Of a DNA stretch of 64,000 nt, positions 15,691-26,800 are shown piece by piece. The notes beneath the pieces are model-generated. The model saw nothing but the letters and a program-made list of their open reading frames with translations. It had not been told where the DNA came from and searched no databases. Positions within the stretch are counted from its first letter, which is position 1. Every line of letters starts with the position of its first letter. Made by a program: the position numbers and the translations under genes. Source of the DNA: a virus; IMG/VR virus record IMGVR_UViG_3300014819_000003, positions 1 to 64,000 of that record; one strand, given 5' to 3'.

Positions 15691-16218
15691 ATGGCATCTG
15701 GCGAAACAATTACGTATGATTTACCTTATCCCGTCGCATCTGATCCAGTAAATGTACACGGTGACATTCAGGATTTAGCAGAAGCAATTGATGCTATTCT
15801 GCCTACCCTCGGACTTCCATATCATACATTAGAAGTTGTTAATAATACTGGCGCAACAATTGCAAAAGCATCACCAGTTTATATTTCTGGATTTGGTGCA
15901 ACAAAACCACGTATTACAAAATCAGACGCAAATACATCAGCAACATTTCCTGTAGTTGGTCTTGCACAAGCAGCAATTACAAATGGTTCTGATGGTGTAA
16001 TTATTGTTAATGGAATTTTTAGTGATGTTAATACTTCTGCATATGCTGCTGGAGATAGATTATATGTTGCAGCAGGTGGAGGTCTTACAAATGCACAACC
16101 AACAAGCGGTGGTGGCGTAATTGGCGTGGTAGCCAAAGCAGCAGCATCAGGTATAATTATAGTCGGTGCAAATAAAGGCAATGGCACATGGGGAGCACTT
16201 AAGGAAGGTTTGTCATGA
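15691..16218 (+). CDS. virion structural protein (capsid-fibre-like)
   Basis: LPYP..SDP.NVHGDIQ.LA N-terminus; beta-rich body. Confidence 0.6.
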   Translation: MASGETITYDLPYPVASDPVNVHGDIQDLAEAIDAILPTLGLPYHTLEVVNNTGATIAKASPVYISGFGATKPRITKSDANTSATFPVVGLAQAAITNGSDGVIIVNGIFSDVNTSAYAAGDRLYVAAGGGLTNAQPTSGGGVIGVVAKAAASGIIIVGANKGNGTWGALKEGLS

Positions 16219-16613
16219 CAAGTTATAGAAACACTGGCAGCAGTGCTTATTCGATTGGTTCTGAGCCACCTACGATTACTTGGACGGTAGTTAGTGGAGA
16301 TACTGCTTCATTTCGTGTATACGTAGAAGATGATGACCGTAATCCATTAGATTTGTCTACCTGGACTCTTGCCATGGATATTGTTAGAACTGGTACTACC
16401 AGCACAGAAACTATAGTTGCTCTAACTCCAACAATTACTGAAGATGACGATGCTACTGGTAGTTTTACAGTTTCCCTTTCAAGTTCTGATTCTCAGGCAT
16501 TAGAAACCGATGATGAGTTTGATATTCAAATTTCTGATACTGACCGTGTTTGGACTCTTGCTAAAGGTAAAATGATTATTATTGATGATATTACAGCAGA
16601 TCCAACATCATGA
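16215..16613 (+). CDS. virion protein, BppU-N/Ig-like
   Basis: paralog of 4687 (WTVVSGDTASF). Confidence 0.65.
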   Translation: MTSYRNTGSSAYSIGSEPPTITWTVVSGDTASFRVYVEDDDRNPLDLSTWTLAMDIVRTGTTSTETIVALTPTITEDDDATGSFTVSLSSSDSQALETDDEFDIQISDTDRVWTLAKGKMIIIDDITADPTS

Positions 16614-16807
16614 GAAATGCAACATTTGAACAGACCTGGGAAACACGTAGGATAATTAAATTAAAAGATTTATCTCCAAGAGTAAAACCAAAACAAATAC
16701 TGCCATTTAGAGTACAGTTTGAAACTCTTGGTTTATCACTTGCTGGTGGTTCTGGGGCTGCTGGTATTGGTGTTGCTATTATTGGCACTAATTTCTATAT
16801 CAGATAG
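16610..16807 (+). CDS. small hypothetical protein
   Basis: ATGA overlap; GIGVAIIG.NF C-terminus. Confidence 0.6.
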   Translation: MRNATFEQTWETRRIIKLKDLSPRVKPKQILPFRVQFETLGLSLAGGSGAAGIGVAIIGTNFYIR

Positions 16808-16836
16808 AAACCTTATTTTGTGATATAATCAACATT

Positions 16837-17274
16837 ATGGCAATTGTCCCGATTACTACCCTGAAAACTAAGTTTGAAACTGGCGATAGGCCAACACAAC
16901 AGGATTTCGTGGATCTAATTGATACTACTTCCTACCGTGCCGATTCTCTCGGCGGGGATGGAAACAACTCCGTAACAATCAATGGCATAGAATCTCCATT
17001 AGTATTTGACACAATAGATACTACGGTTTGGAGAACTGTAAAGTATTTGCTTCAACTTTCTCATGCTGGATCTTCATCATATAGAAGTACTGAAATAAAC
17101 TTGGTTTTTGATGGTACCAATCAAAACATAACAGAGTACGGCTCTGTTAAGAATAATGCTAGTGACGTTGGGACAATCTCAGCATCATTAAGTTCTGGTA
17201 CAATTAGCATGACGGTTACCCCCGTCTTAACGCCTATGACCATAAGGTATTACCGCACTGGTCTTAAGGCATGA
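16837..17274 (+). CDS. virion structural protein
   Basis: LKTKFETGDRPTQQDFVDLID N-terminus; C-domain paralogous to end of 17295. Confidence 0.7.
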   Translation: MAIVPITTLKTKFETGDRPTQQDFVDLIDTTSYRADSLGGDGNNSVTINGIESPLVFDTIDTTVWRTVKYLLQLSHAGSSSYRSTEINLVFDGTNQNITEYGSVKNNASDVGTISASLSSGTISMTVTPVLTPMTIRYYRTGLKA

Positions 17275-17294
17275 CCCTTATAAGGAGATAAAAA

Positions 17295-18854
17295 ATGGCG
17301 ACAGTCGATAAAGCCTTCCGAATTAAGAATGGTTTAGTTGTTGAAGGTAGTACGGCTACCGTTAATGGCTCAAACGTTCTTACAGAAGCATCAACGTCAT
17401 TTCTAGCAGAGTATGTTGCTGATACCGTAGGCGCAATGGTAACAAGCAATACTGAATCTGGTATTACAGTAACCTACCAAGATGCAGACAATACACTAGA
17501 TTTTGATGTTGCAGATTTTACAATTACACTTGGTGGAGATCTTTCAGGTTCTGTAACAATTACAGATCTTGCAAACGCAACTCTTACCGCATCTATTGCA
17601 GCAGACTCTGTTGCACTCGGCACAGACACAACAGGTAACTACGTAGCATCTGTTACATCTGGCTCAGGACTTTCAATCACTGGATCAATTGGAGAAGGTT
17701 CAACAATTGTTCTAGCAAACGATGATAAAGGTTCTTCACAAAATATTTTTAAGAATATTGCAATTACTGGTGGGGCAACAGTTGTAGCAGACTCAAATGA
17801 TGATACTGTCACTTTTACTGCTGGCACTGGTGTTTCTCTTGTTGCTGCTACATCAACAGATACAATCACAGTAACAAATACTGGTGTAACACAACTTGCT
17901 GGAACAACAAATGAAATTACAGTTTCCGCTTCCACTGGTTCAATTACACTTGGTTTAGCAACAAACCCAACAGTTGCTGGTAACCTAACAGTCACTGGTG
18001 ATCTAACTGTTAATGGAAGCACTACAACTCTTAATACAGAAACACTTGCTGTAGAAGATAATCTAATTGTTCTTAACAGCAATGTTACAAGCACTCCGTC
18101 AACAAACGCAGGTATTGAAGTTGAGCGTGGTACTTCAACAAACGCATCTCTATACTGGGATGAGACAACAGACAAGTGGTATGTAAATGATTCAACAACC
18201 TCTAAGGCAATTGCTTTGGTTGGAGATGCAACATTTAATACCTTCTCAACTTTCACAGATGGCTCAACCAGCGCAACTCCAGATTCATCTTCAGATACAT
18301 TTACATTTACTGGTGGAACTGGTATTAGCGTAGCAATTAACTCAGGTGCAGATAGTTTAACAATTACAAACGAAGGTGTTAGAACCATTACAGGAACTGC
18401 AGATCAAATTTCTACGACTGCATCAACTGGTTCTGTTACTTTGTCTCTACCACAGGGCATTGCAACAACTTCTAGCCCAACATTTGCATCACTTACTCTT
18501 AACGGAGCATTGACAACAACAGCAATTAATCTAACAAATACATTTGTTGGAGATGCTGCTGTTTCTTCAGCAACTACCGCTGGAACAGTAGTTGACTCAT
18601 GGGCTGCATCAGGCTGGAGAAGTGCAAAGTATATTGTTCAAATGAAAGATGGTAACGATATTGAAGTTCTAGAGGTTCTTGTAACCGTAGATGGAAACAA
18701 TAACGTATATCTAACCGAGTATGCAGATGTTCAAAGCAATGCACAACTTGGAACTACCGATGCAGATTATTCTGGAGGCGATGTTCGTCTTAAGGTAACT
18801 GCAGCAGGTAATAACGTTTCAGTAAAGGTTCACAAGACGCTTATCGAAGCGTAG
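17295..18854 (+). CDS. fibre/virion structural protein
   Basis: Thr-rich beta repeats, NAGIEVERG, RSAKYIVQ domain. Confidence 0.75.
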   Translation: MATVDKAFRIKNGLVVEGSTATVNGSNVLTEASTSFLAEYVADTVGAMVTSNTESGITVTYQDADNTLDFDVADFTITLGGDLSGSVTITDLANATLTASIAADSVALGTDTTGNYVASVTSGSGLSITGSIGEGSTIVLANDDKGSSQNIFKNIAITGGATVVADSNDDTVTFTAGTGVSLVAATSTDTITVTNTGVTQLAGTTNEITVSASTGSITLGLATNPTVAGNLTVTGDLTVNGSTTTLNTETLAVEDNLIVLNSNVTSTPSTNAGIEVERGTSTNASLYWDETTDKWYVNDSTTSKAIALVGDATFNTFSTFTDGSTSATPDSSSDTFTFTGGTGISVAINSGADSLTITNEGVRTITGTADQISTTASTGSVTLSLPQGIATTSSPTFASLTLNGALTTTAINLTNTFVGDAAVSSATTAGTVVDSWAASGWRSAKYIVQMKDGNDIEVLEVLVTVDGNNNVYLTEYADVQSNAQLGTTDADYSGGDVRLKVTAAGNNVSVKVHKTLIEA

Positions 18855-18882
18855 TGTGACCACGAAGGGATAGTGAACTTCA

Positions 18883-19293
18883 GTGGCAACAACTAATAAG
18901 GATTTTGTCGTAAAGGCAGGACTTAAGGTTGCCACTGGGGTTACTTTCCCAGATAATTCAGTTCAAACCACAGCCTTTACAGGTAATGCTTTAACAGTAG
19001 GATCAACATTTCCAGTATCACCAAGTAATGGAAATTTATTTTTATATACAGAAACTAATCGTATTTATTATTATTATAATTCTGAATGGTATGCTCTTGC
19101 TAACTTTGATGATACCGCTACTGTTCAAGAGCACACACATGATACATCTATTGGCGGTGGAGGATTTGTTGATGATATTTATCAGTATGCTGGAGATGGA
19201 GTCGCTGGTCCATGGCTTGGAACATCACTAGACGGCGGTACACCAGCAACAACATCATTCGCTTTTGTAATTGATGGCGGTGCTGTAGCATGA
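18883..19293 (+). CDS. virion structural protein
   Basis: MATTNKDFVVK N-terminus like 17295; DGG C-terminal motifs; GTG start. Confidence 0.65.
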   Translation: MATTNKDFVVKAGLKVATGVTFPDNSVQTTAFTGNALTVGSTFPVSPSNGNLFLYTETNRIYYYYNSEWYALANFDDTATVQEHTHDTSIGGGGFVDDIYQYAGDGVAGPWLGTSLDGGTPATTSFAFVIDGGAVA

Positions 19294-19333
19294 CAAACTT
19301 TGATATAATAGGATTGATTACGGAGGCTATCAA

Positions 19334-21646
19334 ATGGCAGTAAGAATTCAGATGCGTCGTGGTAGCACCACATCTTGGAACGCTACAGACCCAGTTCTTG
19401 CAGAAGGCGAATTTGGTTATAATACAACAAATGGTCAAGTAAAAATAGGTACTGGCGTAACTTCTTGGAGCAACCTAGACTATTTAGTTACAGACGCAAG
19501 CCTTGGAACAAGCCTTGGTGATTATATTGAACTTATTGAAAAAGGCTCAACAAGTGGTGTTGCAGAACTTGATAGCAATAGAAATTTGTTAGTTCCTAAT
19601 TCAAGTATTATTTTTGAAGGCTCTTCTGCAGATGAATATGAAACAACTCTTACAGTTACAAACCCTACAGCAGACCGTACTATAACAATTCCAAATTCAT
19701 CAGGAACAATAGTTTTAGCCGACGGTAGCGGAAATGTAACAGTATCAGGAAATTTAACAGTAAGCGGAACAACTACAACTATTGATTCTACTACTATTAA
19801 TGTTACTAATTCTTTTGTTTTTGAAGGTACCGCAAATGATCATGAAACCACTCTAACAGTAACCGATCCCACTGCAGACCGTACAATTACACTTCCAGAT
19901 GCTACTGGAACAGTAGCCCTTACAACAGACCTTTCAGCATTTGCCACAACATCATATGTAGGCAATTCAGTTTCAAGCCATAACGCCACTACAACAAGCG
20001 TACACGGTATAACAGATACAGCCGCTCTAGCAACTACATCTTATGTTGGTACCGCAATAGCAAACTTAGCAAGCACTTCTTTTGTAGGTAACTCTGTATC
20101 TAGCCATAATGCTACAACTACAAATGTTCATGGTATAACAGATACGGCTGCATTAGCAACTACATCATACGTAGGCACTGCTATTGCTTCTTTTGCCACA
20201 ACTTCATATGTAACAAATTCTGTTTCTAGCCATAATGCCACAACAACAAATGTTCACGGTATTACAGATACAGCAGCACTTGCAACAACTTCCTATGTTG
20301 GAACAGCAATTGCTTCATTTGCTACAACATCATATGTTGGAACAGCAGTTGCAAATCTTGCAAGTACATCGTTTGTTGGCAACTCAGTATCAAGTCATAA
20401 TTCCACTACTACAAATGTTCATGGTATTACAGATACCGCTGCTCTTGCAACTACCTCTTATGTAGGTACTGCAATTGCTAACTTTGCCACCACATCATTT
20501 GTCGGTGCTTCAGTATCAAGCCATGCAACTTTAACTTCAACACATGGTGTAACTGGTGCAATTGTAGGTACAACTGATACCCAGACACTATCTAATAAAA
20601 CACTTGGAAATAATCTTGCTGCAGGTGGATATAAAGTAACTGGTCTTGCAACCCCTACTGCTGATGCAGATGCAGCAACAAAAGCCTATGTTGATTTAGC
20701 AACTGCAGGATTAAATGTTCACGAAAATGTTAAGGCTGCAACAGTATCAAACGTAAACCTTAATAATGGCCTTGAAAATAACGATGTTATTGACGGCGTA
20801 ACTCTTACAACTGGTGATCGTGTTTTGGTTAAAGATCAAAATACTACATCTCAAAATGGTATTTATATAGTTCAAGCATCTGGCGCAGCAGTTCGTGCAA
20901 CTGACTACGATTCGACTCCAGAAGTTGATGCTGGTGATTTTGTTTTCGTACAATCTGGAACGGTAAATGGAAAAACAGGTTGGGTACAAACAAATACAAT
21001 TACTACAGTAGGAACTGACCCAATTGCGTTTTCACAATTCTCTGGTGCTGGAACCTATACCGCTGGAAATGGACTGACACTAACTGGTACTCAGTTTACT
21101 ATTAATACTGCAATTACTGCTGATTTAAATACCGCTCAAACTCTTACAAATAAGTCAATATCTCTTGGCTCAAATACTTTGACAACAACTTTAGCCCAGT
21201 TAAATACTGCAGTAACAGACGCTGACCTAGCATCTCTAGCAGGATCAGAGACTCTTACCAATAAGACAATTAATCTTTCTAGCAATACTTTGACTGGAAC
21301 TACCGCTCAGTTTAATACGGCTTTATCTGACGGAGATTTTGCAACTTTGGCTGGTAGCGAAACACTTACAAATAAAACACTAACTAGCCCATCTGTTGGA
21401 ACATCTCTAACCACAGCAAGCACATCGTTTAACTTACTTAATACAACAGCAACCACAGTCAACTTTGCTGGTGCTGCTACCACGCTTTCAATTGGCGCTG
21501 GATCTGGTACAACCACAGTAAATAACGATTTAAGCCTTGGTGCTGGTAAATCTTATAAGATTAACGGCACAAACATTTCTGCTGCTCTTCCTGGTCTTAC
21601 ATGGGGAGATGTTAAGAATGGCAAGTCTGGTCTAACAATTAGTTAG
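19334..21646 (+). CDS. long tail fibre with Mtd-N-like N-terminus and internal repeats
   Basis: MAVRIQMRRG...LAEGEFG..KIGTG..W; GDRVLVKDQ...NGIY; TLTNKT repeats. Confidence 0.8.
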   Translation: MAVRIQMRRGSTTSWNATDPVLAEGEFGYNTTNGQVKIGTGVTSWSNLDYLVTDASLGTSLGDYIELIEKGSTSGVAELDSNRNLLVPNSSIIFEGSSADEYETTLTVTNPTADRTITIPNSSGTIVLADGSGNVTVSGNLTVSGTTTTIDSTTINVTNSFVFEGTANDHETTLTVTDPTADRTITLPDATGTVALTTDLSAFATTSYVGNSVSSHNATTTSVHGITDTAALATTSYVGTAIANLASTSFVGNSVSSHNATTTNVHGITDTAALATTSYVGTAIASFATTSYVTNSVSSHNATTTNVHGITDTAALATTSYVGTAIASFATTSYVGTAVANLASTSFVGNSVSSHNSTTTNVHGITDTAALATTSYVGTAIANFATTSFVGASVSSHATLTSTHGVTGAIVGTTDTQTLSNKTLGNNLAAGGYKVTGLATPTADADAATKAYVDLATAGLNVHENVKAATVSNVNLNNGLENNDVIDGVTLTTGDRVLVKDQNTTSQNGIYIVQASGAAVRATDYDSTPEVDAGDFVFVQSGTVNGKTGWVQTNTITTVGTDPIAFSQFSGAGTYTAGNGLTLTGTQFTINTAITADLNTAQTLTNKSISLGSNTLTTTLAQLNTAVTDADLASLAGSETLTNKTINLSSNTLTGTTAQFNTALSDGDFATLAGSETLTNKTLTSPSVGTSLTTASTSFNLLNTTATTVNFAGAATTLSIGAGSGTTTVNNDLSLGAGKSYKINGTNISAALPGLTWGDVKNGKSGLTIS
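19940..20560 (+). repeat. coding tandem repeats (about 11/29/40-aa units, VHGITDTAALATTSYVG)
   Basis: four near-identical peptide units with synonymous divergence. Confidence 0.85.
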
Positions 21647-21813
21647 ACTACTTTATAAAACCAAAAGTACTCAACCTTTAGTTGATGCTTACTGTTTGCA
21701 AAAAGCACTATAAATTATAACTTTTCTTTATCTAAACTTTATGCTATACTAGACACTACTTTGCGATTTGCAAAGTTCTCATAATATTTTTGTGGAAAGG
21801 TAGTTAAAAACAA

Positions 21814-23844
21814 ATGTCAGATGTATTTTCTTTTCGTCTATTGGATGAATTTGTAAATAAATATAAGGAAGTAGAGCCTCCTTTTGGCTTTGCCGACGCA
21901 GGAAATAACTCGTTAGGCGAAATCACATTCATCCGTACCTATTCTAGGGTCAAGGAAGATGGGCGTAAGGAACGCTGGTATGAGGTTTGCAAGAGGGTAA
22001 TTGAAGGAATGTACTCGGTACAGAAGAATCACGCCAAGGAGAACCGTTTGCCTTGGAACGACAATAAGGCACAGAAGTCTGCTCAAGAGGCTTATGATCG
22101 CATGTTTAACCTCAAATGGACACCCCCTGGACGTGGCCTATGGGCATTTGGTACCCCTATGACTATGGAGCGTAGAAACTCTGCTGCCCTGCAGAATTGT
22201 GCGATGGTATCAACAAGAGACATTGACCGTAATGATCCAGGTGCATTATTTGCTTGGGTAATGGATGCTTTAATGTTAGGTGTAGGTGTAGGGTTTGATA
22301 CCTTGGGTCAGGATAAAGGGTTTGATATTTATGCCAATACCGCTGACAAAATAACATATGAGATTCCAGATACTCGTGAGGGTTGGGTAGAGTCCGTAAG
22401 ACTTATTCTTAACTCCTATCTAAAGCCAAATCAGGCTAAGGTTGTATTTGACTATTCTAAGATCAGACCATTAGGAGCACCTATTAAGGGCTTTGGTGGT
22501 ACCGCTTCAGGTCCAGCACCACTTATTAAATTACATGACACACTTCGTAAAGTTATTGGTGACAGGGCTGGAGAAAAACTAGATAGCCGTGCAATTGTAG
22601 ATATTGTAAATCTTATTGGAACCTGTGTAGTTGCAGGTAATGTTCGTCGTTCTGCAACACTTGCTCTTGGTGGTTCTGGAGACAAAGATTTTATGAACTT
22701 AAAGAATGCAGAGATCTTTGCAGAGCGTAATTCTTATGATCCAGAAAATCCAGGATGGGCATGGATGAGTAATAACTCTATCTCTGCTAATGTAGGAACT
22801 AAATATGAAGATTATGTAGATCTTATTTCTAACAATGGTGAGCCAGGATTTATTTGGCTAGATGTTGCTCGTAACTTTGGTCGTCTTGCAGATCCTGCAG
22901 ATGGTAAGGATTATCGTGTAATGGGATTCAACCCTTGTGCGGAGCAACCACTTGAGTCTTATGAACTTTGTACGCTTGTAGAAGTGCACTTAAACAGACA
23001 TAAAGATAAAGAAGATTTCTTACGAACACTTAAGTTTGCTTATTTGTATGGTAAGACAGTTACTCTTGTTCCTACACATTGGCAGATTACAAATGGCATT
23101 ATGCAACGCAACCGTCGTATCGGAACATCATTAACGGGTATTGCATCGTTCTCTGATGAGCATGGTTTGCCTACCGTTCGTGACTGGATGGATGAAGGCT
23201 ATAAGACAATTCGTAAATATGATCATGCATATTCTGAATGGCTATGTGTTCGTGAATCAATTCGTGTAACAACTGTTAAGCCATCAGGCTCTGTTTCACT
23301 TTTGTCTGGTGCAACTCCAGGTGTTCACTGGGGTCCAGGAGGAAACTATTTCCTTCGTGCAATCCGATTTGGAAATCAAGATCCAATGATTCATTTATTC
23401 AAAGCAGCGGGATATAAAATGGAAGCCGATCTAGTATCTGCTAATACAACAGTCGTATACTTCCCAGTTCATTCAGGACACCCACGATCTGAGAAAGATG
23501 TAACTCTATTTGAGAAGATTGGTCTTGCTGCTACTACGCAAAAATACTGGTCTGATAACGGAGTATCTGTAACATTGTCATTTGATAAGGAAACAGAAAC
23601 AAAGCACATTGCTCCAGCACTTCATATGTATGAAGGTCAGTTAAAGGCTGTTTCATTTTTGCCTATGGGTAATATGACATATCCACAACAACCTTATACT
23701 CAGATCACTCAAGAAGAGTATGACTCATATGTAGGAAAGATTAAAAAGATTAACTGGTCTGCTATTTATGACGGCATTGATAATCTTGAGGCTCTTGGCG
23801 AAGCATACTGCACTACAGACGTATGTGAGATAAAAATAGCGTAA
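21814..23844 (+). CDS. nrdJ: class II (adenosylcobalamin-dependent) monomeric ribonucleotide reductase
   Basis: PPGRGLW, NPCAEQPL, TTVKPSG, C-terminal YCTTDVC redox pair. Confidence 0.93.
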   Translation: MSDVFSFRLLDEFVNKYKEVEPPFGFADAGNNSLGEITFIRTYSRVKEDGRKERWYEVCKRVIEGMYSVQKNHAKENRLPWNDNKAQKSAQEAYDRMFNLKWTPPGRGLWAFGTPMTMERRNSAALQNCAMVSTRDIDRNDPGALFAWVMDALMLGVGVGFDTLGQDKGFDIYANTADKITYEIPDTREGWVESVRLILNSYLKPNQAKVVFDYSKIRPLGAPIKGFGGTASGPAPLIKLHDTLRKVIGDRAGEKLDSRAIVDIVNLIGTCVVAGNVRRSATLALGGSGDKDFMNLKNAEIFAERNSYDPENPGWAWMSNNSISANVGTKYEDYVDLISNNGEPGFIWLDVARNFGRLADPADGKDYRVMGFNPCAEQPLESYELCTLVEVHLNRHKDKEDFLRTLKFAYLYGKTVTLVPTHWQITNGIMQRNRRIGTSLTGIASFSDEHGLPTVRDWMDEGYKTIRKYDHAYSEWLCVRESIRVTTVKPSGSVSLLSGATPGVHWGPGGNYFLRAIRFGNQDPMIHLFKAAGYKMEADLVSANTTVVYFPVHSGHPRSEKDVTLFEKIGLAATTQKYWSDNGVSVTLSFDKETETKHIAPALHMYEGQLKAVSFLPMGNMTYPQQPYTQITQEEYDSYVGKIKKINWSAIYDGIDNLEALGEAYCTTDVCEIKIA

Positions 23845-23871
23845 ATGCTATAATAAAGGGTAAGGAGTAAT

Positions 23872-26800
23872 ATGTCCAACCCGTCTAACTTATATGCAGA
23901 AAAGATATTTGCAGAGCATCCTACAGTTCTCTGGGCTTTAGACGATGTTGCAGACTACATAAGTCTCATAACAGAGGCACAACGCAGTTTTACAAGTTGG
24001 ACTATAACAAATGCTACTGAGAGTATAAACAGTGCTCCTAAGACAGAGCCATTTACAGATAGCGTTGTAAATAAACTTGATTTGATAATACCAGCAAATA
24101 CAAGTTTTACAGTAACATGCTCTAGTGACGATCTTATAAATTTTAATTCCCTTAATTCTAATCTAGCAACATTTTCAGTTGGAAGTTATTTTTATGACTC
24201 AAGCGGTGTTTTGAGTTCTGTTTCTATTGGCTACGAATATACAGATACAACTACTGCCCAAAACGTTCAAGATCTTAATACGTTCTTTACAAATATGACT
24301 GGTGCTTGGGGGTTTGTTTCTGGAACGTTTGAAATACCAAATGAAAATACTACAATGAGGGCAGTCATTAAAGCAACATTTCAGGGCGGTGCTTCAACAT
24401 CAACTACTGCATTCTATGTTAATGGCACTACGCTTGGTCAATGGTCAGAAAACCATAATGCAACATCTCTTGGTGTTAATGCACAAGCAATAACATCTAA
24501 TATTGCAATTAGCACAACAAGCGGAATTGAAGCAGAAGCATATGGAATTAGTGGTGATAATGGTTATTATTTATCCAATAATAATGCCTTGGTTGCAAGA
24601 AATACAAGCATACCGATGGTATTTGGAGCATCTGGTGTAACGGTCTTAACTCCAAATAGTTCTGGAGAACCATCTTTAATTATTCCAGGCAAAGGATTTT
24701 TAAACAAGGCTGGTCAACATAAAGAATATACAGTAGAGTTTTGGACTAAGATTAATTCTAGTGCTACCACACCAAAAAGAATATTTGGTCCTATAGCGTC
24801 TTCAGATGGTTTATACGTAGAAAGTGGATTTTTAACACTAGTAATTGGAAAAGAATTTGCCTCTCACTTCGTAGGTGAATGGTTTAGGCCAATGCTTATT
24901 CATGTCAGAGTAATTAGAAATAATGCCACAGTTCTTATAAACGGTGAAGAAGTAATTACTCTAAACATAGCAACAGATGATTTAGTTCTACCAGAAATAC
25001 TAGATAACTCTAATAATGAACAAGACTGGCTTGGATTTTATGCCTATACAGATGTAAGTCCTGTAGAAATTGACTGCATTGCTATTTATCCATATCAAGT
25101 TCCATTGCCAGTAGCAAAGCGTAGATGGGTATATGGACAAGGAGTATTATCTCCAGAAGGAATTAATTCAGCGTACGGAGGAACATCTGCTTTTATTGAT
25201 TATTCGTTTGCAGACTATACTTCTAATTATACTTATCCAGATTTTGCAAATTGGAGTCAAGGAACATTTGATAATCTTATAACTGCTGGAACATATATAA
25301 GTACACCCAACTATCAGTTACCGACGGTATTTATAGGTAACGAAATTTTACAAGATTTATATGACGATAATCAAAATATACAGGCTGGAGCCAATAAGTT
25401 TATAACATTTAGACCTACAACTAGTTGGAATTCAGTACATGCTTACTATAACTTCCCTAATTTTAATATTTTAAACGAAGAGGTAAAAGCAGTTTATGGA
25501 GTGTTTAGTCATGATGATATAACATCAATTAATCAAACACTATTTAAAATTTATAATAAAACAAACGGAAACTATTTTCAAGTAAAACAAGATGACAATG
25601 AACTTGTTTATAGTCTTTACTATAATGGGGCCAGCACATCTTTGTATACATCTAACACAATAAGTGTTGATCAGATTTTTGCTGTTGGAATAAATATTCC
25701 AGATCTAGTTACTAGATTTGGAGGCAATGTTTCTTCGTTCTTTGGAAACAGAAATGGTCTTGAACTATATGTTGCTGGAGATGCATCAACATCAAATACT
25801 TTTGAAGGCAATCTGTATTCTTTTGGACTTTGCACAGCCCTTAATGCAAATGAAGCAGATGCTTATTTTGTTAATGGATTTGCAACGGTAACATCTGGAC
25901 AAAACCTAATATCATTTACAGCAAGTTATACTCTTTTGCCTACAGAAGCATATGATACATATTTCTTAGACATAGGTGTTGCTGGATACTGGGAAGACTA
26001 TTTGCCTCTTTCATACTTTGCACAATATGTCCAAAACGACATGGGCAATCTTTTTTATGACCTAGACTTTTTGCAATTTAATATAGGATACCCAAAGCCA
26101 TCTAATCTAGTAGAACAAGCATCAACAAGTACCTGGACATATCAAGCACTTAAAGATGATTATGAATACCCTGTTCAAAGAACCTATGGTCAATTAGATA
26201 ATTATCTATTTACTGGTTGGGAAAGTTATTCTGAAATGGCTAGTAAGACTGCAAAATACTATGAATACGATACAGCCGATGCATCAATTAGAAGTTTTAT
26301 TACTTTCCAATATATAGCAGAAGGTGCAAATGCACCAAGATCTGATTTTACTGTTATGACTGCAAGAGAGGGATCTATTATTGATATAGATAACTTTACG
26401 GGTTGGCAGGGTACAAAATTTGAGGTAGTAGATAATACACTAATATATCCAACAAAAACTATAGACTTTAATGATTTAGCAATTGTGTATCATCTTGATT
26501 TTAATATTCGTGGCATATTAAGAAAACCAGTTAGACTTCGTAGACTAGAACTAGCATCACAAGCATTAAATGATAACTCGTTTAATCCAGTTGGAACTCG
26601 TTTTGGTGTAAACCTATTTCCATATAAAAAGTCTGGAATCTATTACGATTACAAAGCAAAAAATCCATTCAGCATATACAAGGGCAGCACTCCATACCTT
26701 TATATGAATAGAACATCTGGAATACAGATTCGTGGTGATTATGATCCATTAGTTAGTAGAGGAATTGCCATACCAGTAAATCCAAATACTGCTGATAACT

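Noticed and set aside
19940-20560. Possible CRISPR array
   Set aside because: Repeats are in-frame, degenerate at third positions and have no unique spacers
21650-21813. Cobalamin riboswitch or NrdR box upstream of nrdJ
   Set aside because: Leader is only ~55 nt, has no B12 box and no convincing NrdR palindrome
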